64,000 nt of DNA from Rhodospirillales bacterium (GTDB taxonomy: Bacteria > Pseudomonadota > Alphaproteobacteria > Rhodospirillales > Casp-alpha2). Location of the stretch: assembly GCA_965227245.1 (NCBI GenBank), contig OZ245728.1:3306946-3370945 (forward strand), read 5' to 3'. Below the pieces are notes generated by a model, which saw only the letters and a list, made by a program, of their open reading frames with translations, made no database searches and had not been told where the DNA came from. Shown here in pieces: positions 12,625-24,958 of the stretch; the first letter of the stretch is position 1; each line of letters begins with the position of its first letter. The translations under genes were made by a program, and so were the position numbers.

Positions 12625-12655
12625 CGTTCCGGTTCCTTTACTTAGACCTGGGCGC

Positions 12656-12892
12656 TCAAGCGCCTTCGGTCACAACTTCCCAAGTTTTACGCTTCGACAG
12701 CGGGCGGCATTCACGGATGAACACCTGATCGCCCACTTTCGAGACATTATTTTCGTCGTGAGCCGCGTACTTTTTCGACTTCTTGACGTACTTCTTGTAC
12801 AGCGGATGCATGACCCGACGCTCAACCAGTACGGTGATCGTCTTGTCCTGTTTGTCGCTGACGACGACGCCTTGCATGACACGTTTTGGCAT
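12656..12892 (-). CDS. rpsQ: 30S ribosomal protein S17
   Basis: [22 protein letters not shown]. Confidence 0.98.
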   Translation of the reverse strand: MPKRVMQGVVVSDKQDKTITVLVERRVMHPLYKKYVKKSKKYAAHDENNVSKVGDQVFIRECRPLSKRKTWEVVTEGA

Positions 12893-12903
12893 TTTGTCGT
12901 TCC

Positions 12904-13107
12904 TTACCCTTGTGCCTGAGCAGCTTCGCGCTCAACCAGCACAGTCTTGATACGCGCGATGTCACGGCGCACATGCCGCATCTGCGAGGTTTTTTCCAAC
13001 TGACCCGAGGCCGCCTGAAAACGCAGGTTGAACGATTCCTTGCGCAGGTCAGCGAGCTGATCTTTCAGCTCATCGTCGGTTTTGGTCCGGATATCGGCCG
13101 CTTTCAT
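12904..13107 (-). CDS. rpmC: 50S ribosomal protein L29
   Basis: [21 protein letters not shown]; ATG 13107. Confidence 0.96.
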   Translation of the reverse strand: MKAADIRTKTDDELKDQLADLRKESFNLRFQAASGQLEKTSQMRHVRRDIARIKTVLVEREAAQAQG

Positions 13108-13111
13108 CTGA

Positions 13112-13531
13112 TTAACCCTCTTCACCAATACGCGACACAAAGCGCGTCTTGACCGGCAATTTCGCTGCCGCCAGACGAAACGCCTCGCGGGCGATGTCGG
13201 CGGAAACGCCGTCGATTTCAAACATGATCCGGCCCGGCTTCACCTTGGCGACCCAGTATTCAACCGAGCCCTTACCCTTACCCTGGCGCACTTCAGCAGG
13301 CTTCTGCGTGACAGGCACATCCGGGAAAATACGGATCCATACACGGCCGGCACGTTTCATGTGACGGGTCATGGCACGACGAGCCGCTTCGATCTGACGC
13401 GCAGTGACGCGTTCCGGCGTCACGGCCTTGAGGCCAAACGCACCGAAGTTCAGTGACGTACCGCCCTTGGCCAGACCGTGGATACGGCCTTTATGTGCCT
13501 TGCGGAACTTTGTTCTTTTCGGAGACAGCAT
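13112..13531 (-). CDS. rplP: 50S ribosomal protein L16
   Basis: [21 protein letters not shown]-like motif, [10 protein letters not shown]. Confidence 0.99.
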   Translation of the reverse strand: MLSPKRTKFRKAHKGRIHGLAKGGTSLNFGAFGLKAVTPERVTARQIEAARRAMTRHMKRAGRVWIRIFPDVPVTQKPAEVRQGKGKGSVEYWVAKVKPGRIMFEIDGVSADIAREAFRLAAAKLPVKTRFVSRIGEEG

Positions 13532-13556
13532 CGCTCTTTCCTCTTCTTAGGCCCGC

Positions 13557-14234
13557 TTAACGCTGCGGCTGCTGTTCGAGTTGCAGCTTTTCCATCGCCA
13601 TCGGATCGTGGGCCATGATTTCACCCTTGTAGATCCAGATTTTGACACCGCAAATTCCATACGTGGTCAGCGCACGCGCTTCACCGTAATCAATGTTCGC
13701 ACGCAGCGTGTGCAGCGGAACGCGGCCTTCGCGGTACCATTGCATACGGGCGATTTCAGCACCGCCGAGACGGCCACCGCAGTTGATCCGGATACCTTCG
13801 GCACCCATGCGCATCGCCGACTGAACGGCGCGCTTCATGGCGCGGCGGATCGATACACGACGTTCCATCTGCTGGGCAACGTTTTCTGCGACCAGCTGGG
13901 CATCGACTTCCGGCTTGCGGATTTCGACGATGTTCAGGTGCACTTCGGCATCCGTCATTTCAGCGATTTCACGACGCAGCTTTTCAATGTCCTGACCCTT
14001 ACGGCCAATAACGACACCCGGACGTGCGGTGTGAATGGTCACACGGGCTTTTTTCGCCGGACGCTCGATGACGATCTTCGAGACACCTGCTGCAGCAAGC
14101 TTCTTGCGCAGGAAGTCACGAATGCGGATGTCTTCGTGCAGCAGCTCGGCATAATTACCGTCGGCAAACCAGCGGGAATCCCACGTGCGGTTGATGCCCA
14201 GGCGCAGCCCGACCGGATTTACTTTCTGACCCAT
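13557..14234 (-). CDS. rpsC: 30S ribosomal protein S3
   Basis: [39 protein letters not shown]. Confidence 0.99.
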   Translation of the reverse strand: MGQKVNPVGLRLGINRTWDSRWFADGNYAELLHEDIRIRDFLRKKLAAAGVSKIVIERPAKKARVTIHTARPGVVIGRKGQDIEKLRREIAEMTDAEVHLNIVEIRKPEVDAQLVAENVAQQMERRVSIRRAMKRAVQSAMRMGAEGIRINCGGRLGGAEIARMQWYREGRVPLHTLRANIDYGEARALTTYGICGVKIWIYKGEIMAHDPMAMEKLQLEQQPQR

Positions 14235-14614
14235 TAAACCGTCTCCTCACGCTCGCGTACGACCAAGCGCATATTGCTGAAAGGCTTTTCGATGCGGCCG
14301 ACGCGACCACGCGCACGGGCGCGGAACCGCTTCATGACCAGCGCCTTACCGACACTCGCTTCGGCCACATAAAGGCGGTCGACATCGAGCTGGTGGTTGT
14401 TCTCGGCATTGGCGATCGCGCTTTCGAGAAGCTTTTTCACATCCTGCGCGATACGACGGCGCGAGAACATGAGCTGCGTCAGCGCTTTCGCGCAATCCAT
14501 GCCGCGAATGCTCTCGGCAACCAGATTGAGCTTGCGGGGGCTGACGCGAATATGTTTCGCGAAAGCCATCGCTTCGTTGTCATTTAACTGACGCTCAGCG
14601 GCCTTCTTGCCCAT
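14234..14614 (-). CDS. rplV: 50S ribosomal protein L22
   Basis: [24 protein letters not shown]. Confidence 0.98.
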   Translation of the reverse strand: MGKKAAERQLNDNEAMAFAKHIRVSPRKLNLVAESIRGMDCAKALTQLMFSRRRIAQDVKKLLESAIANAENNHQLDVDRLYVAEASVGKALVMKRFRARARGRVGRIEKPFSNMRLVVREREETV

Positions 14615-14616
14615 GA

Positions 14617-14895
14617 TTAACCCCTCTTCGATTTCTTATCGACGCCGTGACCGTAGTAGGTCCGGGTCGGCGAGAATTCACCGAATTTGTGGCCGATCAT
14701 TTCCTCGGTCACCAGGACCGGGACAAATTTCTGGCCGTTGTAGACGCCGAACGTAAGACCGACGAACTGCGGCAGAATCGTAGAACGGCGCGACCAGATC
14801 TTGATGACCGTATTGCGCGTTGACCCACGAGCTTCTTCTGCCTTCTTGAGCAGATACCCGTCGACGAACGGACCTTTCCAAACGGAGCGTGGCAC
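14617..14895 (-). CDS. rpsS: 30S ribosomal protein S19
   Basis: [30 protein letters not shown]; GTG start. Confidence 0.99.
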   Translation of the reverse strand: MPRSVWKGPFVDGYLLKKAEEARGSTRNTVIKIWSRRSTILPQFVGLTFGVYNGQKFVPVLVTEEMIGHKFGEFSPTRTYYGHGVDKKSKRG

Positions 14896-14909
14896 TGTCC
14901 CGCCCTCCT

Positions 14910-15746
14910 TTATTTCTTACGGACGTGCCGGCTGCGCATAATGAGCCGATCCGTCTTTTTGTTGCTGCGCGTTTTCTTACCTTTGGTCGGCTTGCCCCAG
15001 GGGGTCACCGGATGGCGGCCGCCGGACGTCCGGCCTTCACCACCACCATGAGGGTGATCGACCGGGTTCATGGCGACACCACGGACTGACGGGCGTTTAC
15101 CGAGCCAGCGCTTACGGCCGGCCTTACCAAGATTGATGTTCTGCTGATCCGGGTTGGACACGGCACCAACGGTCGCCATGCACTCGGCACGAACCAGACG
15201 AATTTCACCGGAGCTGAGGCGAACCTGGGCATACCCCTGATCCTTACCGATGATCTGCGCGTAGGTTCCTGCGGAACGGGCCATCTGGCCGCCCTTGCCC
15301 TGTTTCATCTCCACATTGTGGATGATGGTCCCAACTGGCATCGCCGCCATCGGCATGGCATTACCCGGCTTGATGTCCACACCCGTCTTACCGGAGACGA
15401 CTTCGTCACCGACGGAAAGCCGCTGCGGGGCCAGGATGTAGGCCAGTTCATCGTCCGAATACTTGATCAGGGCAATGAATGCGGTCCGGTTCGGATCGTA
15501 TTCGATACGTTCGACAACCGCCGTTACGTCCAGTTTGTTCCGCTTGAAATCGATCTTGCGGTAACGACGTTTGTGACCACCGCCGATACGGCGTGCGGTG
15601 ATGTGGCCCTGGTTATTCCGGCCGCCCTTCTTGCGGAGACCTTCAGTCAGTGACTTGACCGGGTCACCTTTCCACAGCTGCGAGCGGTCGACGAGGACCA
15701 GGCCGCGCTGACCGGGCGTATCGGGTTTGTATTGTTTAAGTGCCAT
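14910..15746 (-). CDS. rplB: 50S ribosomal protein L2
   Basis: [40 protein letters not shown]. Confidence 0.99.
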   Translation of the reverse strand: MALKQYKPDTPGQRGLVLVDRSQLWKGDPVKSLTEGLRKKGGRNNQGHITARRIGGGHKRRYRKIDFKRNKLDVTAVVERIEYDPNRTAFIALIKYSDDELAYILAPQRLSVGDEVVSGKTGVDIKPGNAMPMAAMPVGTIIHNVEMKQGKGGQMARSAGTYAQIIGKDQGYAQVRLSSGEIRLVRAECMATVGAVSNPDQQNINLGKAGRKRWLGKRPSVRGVAMNPVDHPHGGGEGRTSGGRHPVTPWGKPTKGKKTRSNKKTDRLIMRSRHVRKK

Positions 15747-15761
15747 TGTTCAAATCTCCCG

Positions 15762-16085
15762 TCAGACGCCCGTGGTGACGTCGATGTGGTCACCCTCGGC
15801 AAGCGTCACTACGGCTTTCTTGTAATCGCTGCGGCGACCGGGAAGACCACGAAAACGCTTGGTCTTGCCTTTTTGGCGCAGCGTGTTGACGGCCGTTACC
15901 TTGACCTTGAACAGCTCTTCGACGGCCGTTTTGATCTCGTGCTTGTTGGCATCGAGAGGCACTTCGAAAGCCACCTGGTTGTGTTCGGACATCAGCGTGG
16001 TTTTTTCAGTCACCAGCGGGCGGCGGATCAGTTCGAATATCCGTTCCTTGCTCGGCTGAAAGTTGACAGGGCTATAGCGGTTCAT
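15762..16085 (-). CDS. rplW: 50S ribosomal protein L23
   Basis: [32 protein letters not shown]. Confidence 0.97.
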   Translation of the reverse strand: MNRYSPVNFQPSKERIFELIRRPLVTEKTTLMSEHNQVAFEVPLDANKHEIKTAVEELFKVKVTAVNTLRQKGKTKRFRGLPGRRSDYKKAVVTLAEGDHIDVTTGV

Positions 16086-16702
16086 TTCAGGCGCTCCACG
16101 AGTTTGTCAACGGCGCCTTTGGTCAGGACCAGCGTGTCACGGCGCAGAATGTCGTAAACATTGGCTCCGACGCTCGGCAGCACGTCGATACCGACGATGT
16201 TGCTTGCGGCGCGGGCGAAGTTGTCGTCGATGCTTTCGCCGTCGATGATCAGGGCATGGCCCCAACCGAGTGCCGACAGTTTCTTGACCAGATCGGCGGT
16301 TTTCGGTGCCGACATCTTGGCTTCATCGAGGATCACCAGCTTGCCTTCTGCACACTTCGCGCTGAGCGCCGTGGCGAGGGCCAGCTTGCGGACCTTTTTC
16401 GGCAGATCGTGGCTGTGATCGCGGGTCTGAGGACCAAAGACGATCCCGCCCCCACGCATCTGGGCAGCTGCACGGAACCCCTGACGGGCACGACCGGTGC
16501 CTTTCTGCTTGAACGGCTTGGTCTTGGTGGCGCTGACGTCGGAGCGGCCCTTGGTCTGATGGTTGCCGGAACGGCGTTTGGCAAGCTGCCACTTTACCGC
16601 ACGGGCCAGCAGGTCCTTGCGCGCTTCCAGACCGAACACCGCATCATCAAGATCGATGGAACCGGATTTCTTGTTTTCGAGACTGACCACATCAAGTTTC
16701 AT
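16082..16702 (-). CDS. rplD: 50S ribosomal protein L4
   Basis: [23 protein letters not shown]. Confidence 0.99.
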   Translation of the reverse strand: MKLDVVSLENKKSGSIDLDDAVFGLEARKDLLARAVKWQLAKRRSGNHQTKGRSDVSATKTKPFKQKGTGRARQGFRAAAQMRGGGIVFGPQTRDHSHDLPKKVRKLALATALSAKCAEGKLVILDEAKMSAPKTADLVKKLSALGWGHALIIDGESIDDNFARAASNIVGIDVLPSVGANVYDILRRDTLVLTKGAVDKLVERLK

Positions 16703-16706
16703 GGTC

Positions 16707-17501
16707 TTATTCCTTGTTTTCGGTTTCGGCTTCTGTAGCCATTTCCTCGGCCAGCGCCGCTTCTTCGGCTGCTTCGTCCGGGGCTACGTCATCTGCGATC
16801 ACAAGACCTTCTTCTTCAGCCGGAGCTTCGCTTTTCAGACCGGCCGGTAACGGCGCATCTTCATGACGCGGACGCTTCACGGCATCGCTCAGGTAGACGT
16901 AACCGCCCTTGGCGCCCGGTACCGCACCGCGAACCAGGATCAGGCCACGTTCAGCGTCAACGGCGGCGACGATCAGGTTCTGCTGGGTACGGCGAACGTT
17001 GCCCATCTGACCGGCCATCTTCTTGCCTTTGAAAACCTTACCCGGATCCTGGCACTGCCCCGTCGAACCATGTGCACGGTGGCTGATCGACACACCGTGT
17101 GTGGCGCGCAGGCCGCCAAAGCCGTGCCGCTTCATCGCACCGGCAAAACCCTTACCGTTGGTGATCCCGGCTGCGTCGATGAACTGGCCGGCGACGAAGT
17201 GGTTGGCACCAAGTTCCGAACCGACGTCGACAAGATTGTCGGCCGATACGCGGAATTCCGCGAGTTTCTTCTTCGGCTCGACCTTGGCTTTGGCAAAGTG
17301 ACCGCGCATCGCTTTCGACACACGCTTTACTTTGGCCTTACCATAGCCAACCTGGAGCGCGGTGTAGCCGTCACGCTCTTCGTTGCGCTGGGCGACAACC
17401 TGAACCTCGTCAAGGGCCAGCACAGTCACCGGGATGTGTGCTCCACCCTCGGCAAAAATGCGGGTCATCCCCATTTTCTTTGCGATTAAACCGGTACGCA
17501 T
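16707..17501 (-). CDS. rplC: 50S ribosomal protein L3 with acidic C-terminal tail
   Basis: [37 protein letters not shown]. Confidence 0.99.
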   Translation of the reverse strand: MRTGLIAKKMGMTRIFAEGGAHIPVTVLALDEVQVVAQRNEERDGYTALQVGYGKAKVKRVSKAMRGHFAKAKVEPKKKLAEFRVSADNLVDVGSELGANHFVAGQFIDAAGITNGKGFAGAMKRHGFGGLRATHGVSISHRAHGSTGQCQDPGKVFKGKKMAGQMGNVRRTQQNLIVAAVDAERGLILVRGAVPGAKGGYVYLSDAVKRPRHEDAPLPAGLKSEAPAEEEGLVIADDVAPDEAAEEAALAEEMATEAETENKE

Positions 17502-17524
17502 ATCACTGTTCCCAATTACGGCGC

Positions 17525-17833
17525 TTAAAGCTTGATTTCGACGTCGACACCAGCCGCCAGATCGAGCTTCATCAGCGCGTCGACGGTTTGCGGGGTCGGG
17601 TCAACAATGTCCAGAACCCGCTTGTGGGTACGGATTTCAAACTGTTCACGCGACTTCTTATCGATGTGCGGCGACCGCAACACCGTGAACTTCTCGATCC
17701 GCGTCGGTAGCGGAATCGGGCCACGGACATTGGCACCCGTACGTTGAGCCGTATTCACGATCTCGCGTGCGGATTGATCCAGAACGCGGTGATCAAATGC
17801 CTTAAGGCGAATACGAATATTTTGTTGTTCCAT
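17525..17833 (-). CDS. rpsJ: 30S ribosomal protein S10
   Basis: [31 protein letters not shown]. Confidence 0.99.
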   Translation of the reverse strand: MEQQNIRIRLKAFDHRVLDQSAREIVNTAQRTGANVRGPIPLPTRIEKFTVLRSPHIDKKSREQFEIRTHKRVLDIVDPTPQTVDALMKLDLAAGVDVEIKL

Positions 17834-17858
17834 GGCCTTCGACCTTCATAGTTGCAAA

Positions 17859-17883
17859 CGCCTCCGGAGGAATTCCGGAGGCG
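17859..17883 (-). promoter_or_regulatory. Stable hairpin between tuf and rpsJ
   Basis: CGCCTCCGGA-N5-TCCGGAGGCG 10-bp inverted repeat; weak U-tract, so a role in stabilisation or partial termination is inferred. Confidence 0.5.
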
Positions 17884-17897
17884 AAGCAAATTTCTCG

Positions 17898-19088
17898 TTA
17901 CTCGATGATTTTCGCGACGACGCCGGCACCAACGGTGCGGCCGCCTTCGCGGATGGCGAAACGCAGACCTTCGTCCATGGCGATCGGTGCAATCAACGTC
18001 ACGTTCATCGAGATGTTGTCGCCCGGCATCACCATTTCCGTCCCTTCGGCCAGCTCAACCGTACCGGTCACGTCCGTGGTCCGGAAGTAAAACTGCGGAC
18101 GATAGTTGGCAAAGAACGGCGTGTGACGGCCACCCTCTTCCTTCGTCAGAATGTACGCTTCGCACGAAAACTTCGTGTGCGGCGTGATCGAACCCGGCTT
18201 CGCCAGGACCTGACCGCGCTCAACTTCCTCACGCTTCGTACCACGCAGCAGCGCACCGATGTTGTCCCCGGCCTGACCCTGGTCAAGCAGCTTGCGGAAC
18301 ATCTCCACACCCGTGCACGTCGTCTTCTGCGTCGCCTTGATACCGACGATCTCGATCTCGTCACCGGTGTTGATCACACCGCGCTCAACACGACCCGTCA
18401 CAACCGTACCACGGCCCGAAATCGAGAACACATCCTCGATCGGCATCAGGAAGTCCTGATCAACCGGACGCTCCGGCTGCGGAATGTAATCGTCAACAGC
18501 CTTCATTAGCTCAAGAATGGCATTCTTGCCGATCTCGTCGTCACGGCCTTCCAGCGCCGCCAGAGCCGAACCCTTGACGATCGGAATATCGTCGCCCGGG
18601 AAGTCGTAGCTCGACAGAAGCTCGCGGATTTCCATTTCGACAAGCTCAAGAAGCTCCTCGTCGTCAACCTGGTCGACCTTGTTCATGAAAACAACAAGCG
18701 CCGGAACACCAACCTGGCGGGCCAGAAGGATGTGCTCACGCGTCTGCGGCATCGGGCCGTCAGCCGCCGAACAAACCAGAATCGCACCATCCATCTGCGC
18801 CGCACCCGTGATCATGTTCTTCACATAATCCGCGTGACCCGGGCAGTCGACGTGCGCGTAGTGACGGGCTTCCGTCTCATACTCAACGTGTGCCGTCGAA
18901 ATCGTGATCCCGCGAGCACGCTCTTCAGGTGCCTTGTCAATCATGTCAAAGGCCATCGCCTCACCGCCACCGGCTTCCGACATGACTCTCGTAATCGCCG
19001 CCGTCAGCGTCGTCTTGCCATGGTCAACGTGGCCAATCGTACCTACGTTGCAGTGCGGCTTGTTACGCTCAAACTTTTCCTTGGCCAT
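17898..19088 (-). CDS. tuf: Elongation factor Tu (str operon copy)
   Basis: [32 protein letters not shown]. Confidence 0.99.
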   Translation of the reverse strand: MAKEKFERNKPHCNVGTIGHVDHGKTTLTAAITRVMSEAGGGEAMAFDMIDKAPEERARGITISTAHVEYETEARHYAHVDCPGHADYVKNMITGAAQMDGAILVCSAADGPMPQTREHILLARQVGVPALVVFMNKVDQVDDEELLELVEMEIRELLSSYDFPGDDIPIVKGSALAALEGRDDEIGKNAILELMKAVDDYIPQPERPVDQDFLMPIEDVFSISGRGTVVTGRVERGVINTGDEIEIVGIKATQKTTCTGVEMFRKLLDQGQAGDNIGALLRGTKREEVERGQVLAKPGSITPHTKFSCEAYILTKEEGGRHTPFFANYRPQFYFRTTDVTGTVELAEGTEMVMPGDNISMNVTLIAPIAMDEGLRFAIREGGRTVGAGVVAKIIE

Positions 19089-19110
19089 CTTATTTCGTCT
19101 CCGTTCTCAG

Positions 19111-21195
19111 TTAGCCGGCGAGCCGTTCGCGGATCTCCATGGAGACCTGGTTCGGCACTTCGGCATAGTGATCAAAATGCATTGTGTATTGGGCGCGGCC
19201 TTGCGACATCGAACGCAGTTCGTTCACGTAGCCGAACATATTGGCAAGCGGCACCATCGCCGTTACCACTCGGGCGTTGCCGCGCTGGTCCATATCCTGA
19301 ACCTGACCGCGACGAGAGTTCAGATCGCCGATGATGTCGCCCATGTACTCTTCCGGGGTAACAACCTCGACCTTCATGACAGGCTCGAGCAGCACCGGCT
19401 TGGCGGCCGCCATACCTTCACGGAAGGCAGCGCGGGCGGCAATTTCAAAGGCCATGACCGAGCTATCAACGTCATGCGACGCGCCGTCATAAAGCTTGGC
19501 TTTGAAGTCGATGCACGGGAAGCCGCACAGGACGCCGCTTTCGGCGGCACTGCGGATACCCTTTTCCACGCCGGGAATGAATTCACGCGGCACGTTACCA
19601 CCGACGACGGTGTTCTCGAATTCGATACCGGAACCCGGGGGCAGCGGCTCGAACTGGATTTTGACGCGCGCAAACTGACCCGAACCACCGGTCTGCTTCT
19701 TGTGCGTGTAATCGCAATCGTACAGCTGGCTGATGGTCTCACGGTAAGCAACCTGCGGCTGACCGACGTTGGCTTCGACCTTGAATTCGCGCTTCATGCG
19801 GTCGACGAGAATGTCGAGGTGCAGCTCACCCATACCGGCGATGATGGTCTGACCGGATTCTTCGTCTGATTTGACGCGGAACGACGGATCCTCGGCAGCG
19901 AGACGCTGCAGGGCGACGCCCATTTTTTCCTGGTCAGCCTTGGTTTTCGGCTCAACCGCAACCTCGATGACCGGATCGGGGAATTCCATCCGCTCAAGAA
20001 TGACCGGCTTGGCCGGGTCACACAGGGTATCCCCCGTCGTGGTGTCCTTGAGACCAACCAGCGCAACGATATCGCCGGCCATTGCTTCTTCGATCTGCTC
20101 ACGGGTGTTGGCATGCATGAGCAGCATACGGCCGATACGCTCGCGCTTGCCCTTCACGGTGTTCTGAACCTGCGCACCCTGCGTGACCGTGCCGGAGTAA
20201 ATACGGCAGAAGGTCAGCGAACCGACGTGCTGGTCGTTCATGATCTTGAACGCCAGAGCCGCGAACGGCTCGTTGTCGTCGCTTTTACGGGTCATCGGCT
20301 TTTCCGGGTCATCGACATCGACACCCTTAATCGCGGGAACGTCGAGCGGCGAAGGCAGGAAGTCGACAACGGCGTCGAGCATCGGCTGTACGCCCTTGTT
20401 CTTGAACGCGGAACCGCAGAGAACCGGTACGAACACGTTGTCGATGCAGCCCTTACGGATGCACTTCTTGATGGTCGCTTCGTCAGGCTCGTTACCTTCG
20501 AGATAGGCTTCCATCGCATTATCATCGACTTCGACGATGGTTTCGATCAGCTTCTCGCGGTATTCGGCAGCCTTGTCGGCGAGATCGGCCGGAATGTCCT
20601 TGTATTCGAACTCGGCACCAAGGCTTTCGTCTTTCCAAACGATTGCCTGCATCTTGATCAGGTCAACAACCCCCAGGAAGTCGCTTTCGCTGCCGATCGG
20701 CAACTGCAGGACGGCCGGGATCGCACCAAGGCGATCGATGATCATGTCGACACAGCGATAGAAGTCGGCGCCGATACGGTCCATCTTGTTGACGAAGCAC
20801 ATCCGCGGCACACCGTACTTGTCGGCCTGACGCCAGACGGTCTCGGACTGCGGCTCGACACCGGCAACCGAGTCGAACACGGCAACGGCGCCATCGAGAA
20901 CGCGCAGTGAACGCTCGACTTCAATCGTGAAGTCGACGTGGCCCGGGGTGTCGATGATGTTGACGCGATGATCTTTCCAGAACGCGGTGGTCGCAGCGGA
21001 GGTAATGGTGATACCACGCTCCTGCTCCTGCTCCATCCAGTCCATGGTGGCGTTACCGTCGTGGACTTCACCGATCTTGTAGGACTTACCGGTGTAATAA
21101 AGTACGCGCTCGGTGGTCGTCGTTTTACCGGCATCAATGTGGGCCATGATGCCGATGTTACGGTAGCGTTCGAGCGGTGTGACGCGGGCTGACAT
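19111..21195 (-). CDS. fusA: Elongation factor G
   Basis: [32 protein letters not shown]; ATG 21195. Confidence 0.99.
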   Translation of the reverse strand: MSARVTPLERYRNIGIMAHIDAGKTTTTERVLYYTGKSYKIGEVHDGNATMDWMEQEQERGITITSAATTAFWKDHRVNIIDTPGHVDFTIEVERSLRVLDGAVAVFDSVAGVEPQSETVWRQADKYGVPRMCFVNKMDRIGADFYRCVDMIIDRLGAIPAVLQLPIGSESDFLGVVDLIKMQAIVWKDESLGAEFEYKDIPADLADKAAEYREKLIETIVEVDDNAMEAYLEGNEPDEATIKKCIRKGCIDNVFVPVLCGSAFKNKGVQPMLDAVVDFLPSPLDVPAIKGVDVDDPEKPMTRKSDDNEPFAALAFKIMNDQHVGSLTFCRIYSGTVTQGAQVQNTVKGKRERIGRMLLMHANTREQIEEAMAGDIVALVGLKDTTTGDTLCDPAKPVILERMEFPDPVIEVAVEPKTKADQEKMGVALQRLAAEDPSFRVKSDEESGQTIIAGMGELHLDILVDRMKREFKVEANVGQPQVAYRETISQLYDCDYTHKKQTGGSGQFARVKIQFEPLPPGSGIEFENTVVGGNVPREFIPGVEKGIRSAAESGVLCGFPCIDFKAKLYDGASHDVDSSVMAFEIAARAAFREGMAAAKPVLLEPVMKVEVVTPEEYMGDIIGDLNSRRGQVQDMDQRGNARVVTAMVPLANMFGYVNELRSMSQGRAQYTMHFDHYAEVPNQVSMEIRERLAG

Positions 21196-21211
21196 GCGAT
21201 CGGCTCCTAAA

Positions 21212-21694
<483 letters not shown>

Positions 21695-22066
21695 TTACTT
21701 CGGACGCTTCGCGCCGTATTTCGAACGACGCTGGCGGCGATCATTGACGCCCTGGGTATCGAGCGTGCCGCGGATGATGTGATAGCGCACACCCGGCAAA
21801 TCCTTCACGCGGCCGCCACGGATCATGACGACGGAGTGTTCCTGCAGGTTGTGGCCTTCACCCGGAATGTAGCTCGTCACTTCGAAGCCGTTGGTCAGAC
21901 GCACACGTGCGACTTTCCGAAGGGCCGAGTTCGGCTTTTTCGGGGTGGTGGTATAGACGCGGGTGCAAACACCACGCTTTTGCGGACAGGCCTCGAGAGC
22001 CGGCACCTTGTTACGGGTGACAGGCGCTTTGCGCGGCTTGCGAATTAACTGGTTGATCGTCGGCAT
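21695..22066 (-). CDS. rpsL: 30S ribosomal protein S12
   Basis: [37 protein letters not shown]. Confidence 0.99.
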   Translation of the reverse strand: MPTINQLIRKPRKAPVTRNKVPALEACPQKRGVCTRVYTTTPKKPNSALRKVARVRLTNGFEVTSYIPGEGHNLQEHSVVMIRGGRVKDLPGVRYHIIRGTLDTQGVNDRRQRRSKYGAKRPK

Positions 22067-22286
22067 ACGCTCAATCCAACTCCTAAAAAACTCTGGCCCA
22101 CCATCGGGCTTTCAACATGAGTTGAGCCGTAACCGCGCACGCCCCGTGAGGAGTACCGGCTCTGGCTCTTATCGTCACTCCGCGGTGACCTTCACATACG
22201 GAGCTTTCGCTAAATTGTTCTCACCACCCAAGTCTACGACTGCGTCTAGCCGGAAGCGACTACCACCAATCCCTTGAGTGGGGCGG

Positions 22287-22315
22287 AACATATAGGTGGC
22301 CCCTGTCTGCGTCAA
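22287..22315 (-). promoter_or_regulatory. Putative sigma70 promoter of the str operon
   Basis: Minus strand TTGACG-N17-TATGTT. Confidence 0.5.
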
Positions 22316-22498
22316 CCGTAATTTCGTGAAAAAAAAATTCGTAAAATCAGTGTTCTACGCGATTTTCGGAAAGTTCGGCATTTATCGTCGAAACATTTCA
22401 ATAACCACTACATCATGGGGGTGTGTCGAATAATGCACAGCTTATGTTGCGCCGCATCCAAATCACGGGGCTGTCCCGGCCTAGGTCATGCCAGGCCC

Positions 22499-23209
22499 CT
22501 AAACCCCCAGATATCGCTCCTGCATCGCCTGATCCGCTAGAAGTGATGCGGAATCGCCCAACCACACGATCTGGCCCTTCTCCATGACGAAATGGCGGTC
22601 TGCAATACGCGCCATCGCCCGCGGATGCTTGTCTATCACTAGAATCGCCTGCCCCGCCTGCTTCAGATTGTATTCCAGTACAGACCAGATTTCGTCCCGA
22701 ATCGTTGGCGCAAGGCCTTCCGTAGCCTCATCTAGGATCAGAAACTTGGGATTCGTCATCAGGGCGCGGCCAATCGCCAGCATTTGCTGTTCACCGCCCG
22801 ATAATGTGCGGGCATATTGGGCCTGACGTTCCCCAAGACGGGGAAACAAGGCAATGACACGATCCACGGTCCATGGATTCCCGGCGTCATGGCGATTCGA
22901 CTCCGTTGCGACCAGATTCTCGTAGACGGTCAGATTCGCAAAAACCTGCCGCCCTTCCGGCACGTAACCGATTCCCAGTTGTGCAATTCGATGGGTCGGC
23001 AGCCCTGCCAGTTCGACTCCGTCAAAGCGAATCCGCCCCCCCGATGGCGGCGTCAGGCCCATAATGCTCCGGACCGTCGTCGTTTTCCCCATGCCATTAC
23101 GGCCCATGAGTGTGGCGACCTCACCGGCGCGGACCTCCAGATTGACCCCGAAGAGAACCTGACTGGCACCGTAACAGGTCTCTACGCCCTGCATTTCAAG
23201 CAAGCCCAT
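22499..23209 (-). CDS. LivF-like ABC transporter ATP-binding protein
   Basis: GRNGMGKTT, LSGGEQQMLAIGRAL, LILDEATEGLAP. Confidence 0.95.
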   Translation of the reverse strand: MGLLEMQGVETCYGASQVLFGVNLEVRAGEVATLMGRNGMGKTTTVRSIMGLTPPSGGRIRFDGVELAGLPTHRIAQLGIGYVPEGRQVFANLTVYENLVATESNRHDAGNPWTVDRVIALFPRLGERQAQYARTLSGGEQQMLAIGRALMTNPKFLILDEATEGLAPTIRDEIWSVLEYNLKQAGQAILVIDKHPRAMARIADRHFVMEKGQIVWLGDSASLLADQAMQERYLGV

Positions 23210-23964
23210 CAGTCCCCATCCCCCAGATAAGCTGCACGGACCCGGGAATCGTTCCGGACATCTTCGGGCGATCCGGTCATCAGCACGGCCCCGTTGACCA
23301 GAACACTGATGACGTCGGCCAGGGAAAACACCACGTCCATGTCATGTTCGACCAGCAAAATGCCGACCGTCCCCTTAAGTGGGCGGAGAATCTCCATCAT
23401 CACCTGACTTTCGCTCTGCCCCATCCCGGCCATCGGCTCATCAAGCAGCAACAGCCGCGGTTCCGCCGACAACACCATGGCGATTTCGAGCTGTCGCTGT
23501 TCGCCGTGCGACAGGGATGTCACGGGATGATCGGCCTTATGCTCCAGCCCCACCCTTTGCAAAGCCGCCAACGCCGGGTCACGAATGTCCCGCGCCTTAC
23601 GCGCCGGCTCCCAGAAACGAAAGCTGTGGCCCTGCTGGGCCTGTATGGCCATGGCCACATTGTCTTCAAGGGTCAGGTCCTGAAACAGACTGGTAATCTG
23701 ATAGGAACGCTGCATGCCGCGTCCGGCACGTTCATGGGTTGCCAAATCCGTAATATCGGCCCCCGCGAACAGGATCTGACCGGCGTCAGGACGCAATTCC
23801 CCGGCAATCTGGGCAATCGCCGTCGATTTTCCGGCACCATTGGGGCCGATCAGGGCATGCACTTGTCCGGGCGCCACGCTGAAGGAAAGCCTGTCGGACG
23901 CCTGTACCGCTCCGAACGCCCTGGACAGTTCCCGCACCTCCAGAACAGGGGCCGTTTCAGACAT
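23209..23964 (-). CDS. LivG-like ABC transporter ATP-binding protein
   Basis: GPNGAGKST, LSHGEQRQLEIA, LLLDEPMAG, EHDMD; ATG 23964 after a G-rich RBS. Confidence 0.95.
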   Translation of the reverse strand: MSETAPVLEVRELSRAFGAVQASDRLSFSVAPGQVHALIGPNGAGKSTAIAQIAGELRPDAGQILFAGADITDLATHERAGRGMQRSYQITSLFQDLTLEDNVAMAIQAQQGHSFRFWEPARKARDIRDPALAALQRVGLEHKADHPVTSLSHGEQRQLEIAMVLSAEPRLLLLDEPMAGMGQSESQVMMEILRPLKGTVGILLVEHDMDVVFSLADVISVLVNGAVLMTGSPEDVRNDSRVRAAYLGDGD

Positions 23965-24952
23965 CGTTCCCCCCCTTGCCTGGACCGGCCAGCCAGCCAT
24001 AGATACCGCGCCGTGCAAACAACACCACAATCAGCAGGAAAGGCCCCAGAATGACCATCCAGTGCTCAGTATACTGGGTCAGGACTTCTTCCATGATCAA
24101 CAGAGTGGCCGCGCCCAGGATGGGACCGACCAGCGTGCCCATGCCGCCCAGAATGACCATCACCATGATCTCACCGGACCGGGTCCAGTGCATCAGCCCC
24201 GGACCGACGAATTCGGTATGGTTCGCAATCAAAGCCCCGGCAAGCCCCGCCCCCATCCCGGCAATTGTAAATGCCGCCAGCTTGTAACGGTAAGTCGGGA
24301 AACCCAGAGCTTTCATCCGCGTCTCGTTCTGCTGGCAGCCACGGATCACCATGCCGAAACGGCTGGCGACGATGCGCCGACACAGAAACACGAATCCCAG
24401 CAACGCTGCCAGCGTGACGTAATAGAACGTCCACTCGTCGTACAGGTCCAGCGGGCCCAGGGTCGAACGCTCCCACAGGTTCAGCCCGTCCTCGCCGCCA
24501 TAGGTCGGCAGCGAGATCATGAAGAAATACAGCATCTGGGCAAACGCCAGGGTGATCATGATGAAATACACACCCCGGGTTCGCAGACTCAAAGCCCCGA
24601 TCACGCAAGCGAACAGTCCGCTGACCAGAACCGCCAGCGGCCACTGGATCAGGGCATTGGTCGTCCCGGACCAATCCCAGGGCAGAAAGCCGATATCCAC
24701 GGCGTTGTAGGCATGATGCGTCAGGATGCCGACCACATAAGCGCCAACCCCGAAGAAGGCACCATGCCCGAAACTGACCATCGCCCCGTATCCCAAAATC
24801 AGATCAAGGCTGACCGCTGCCAGCGCATAGATCAGCACTCGGCTGGACACACTGATCAGAAAGGGCTCATCGGCGAATTCAGCGAGGGCCGGCAAGGCCA
24901 GCAGAAAAATCAGGCCGATCAATTGAACGAAGGAGCGCCTTGAGTTGATCAT
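23957..24952 (-). CDS. LivM-like ABC transporter permease
   Basis: GYGAMVSFGHGAFFGVGAY, TLAFAQM, VILGGMGTL.GP. Confidence 0.94.
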   Translation of the reverse strand: MINSRRSFVQLIGLIFLLALPALAEFADEPFLISVSSRVLIYALAAVSLDLILGYGAMVSFGHGAFFGVGAYVVGILTHHAYNAVDIGFLPWDWSGTTNALIQWPLAVLVSGLFACVIGALSLRTRGVYFIMITLAFAQMLYFFMISLPTYGGEDGLNLWERSTLGPLDLYDEWTFYYVTLAALLGFVFLCRRIVASRFGMVIRGCQQNETRMKALGFPTYRYKLAAFTIAGMGAGLAGALIANHTEFVGPGLMHWTRSGEIMVMVILGGMGTLVGPILGAATLLIMEEVLTQYTEHWMVILGPFLLIVVLFARRGIYGWLAGPGKGGNDV

Positions 24953-24958
24953 CCGCCC

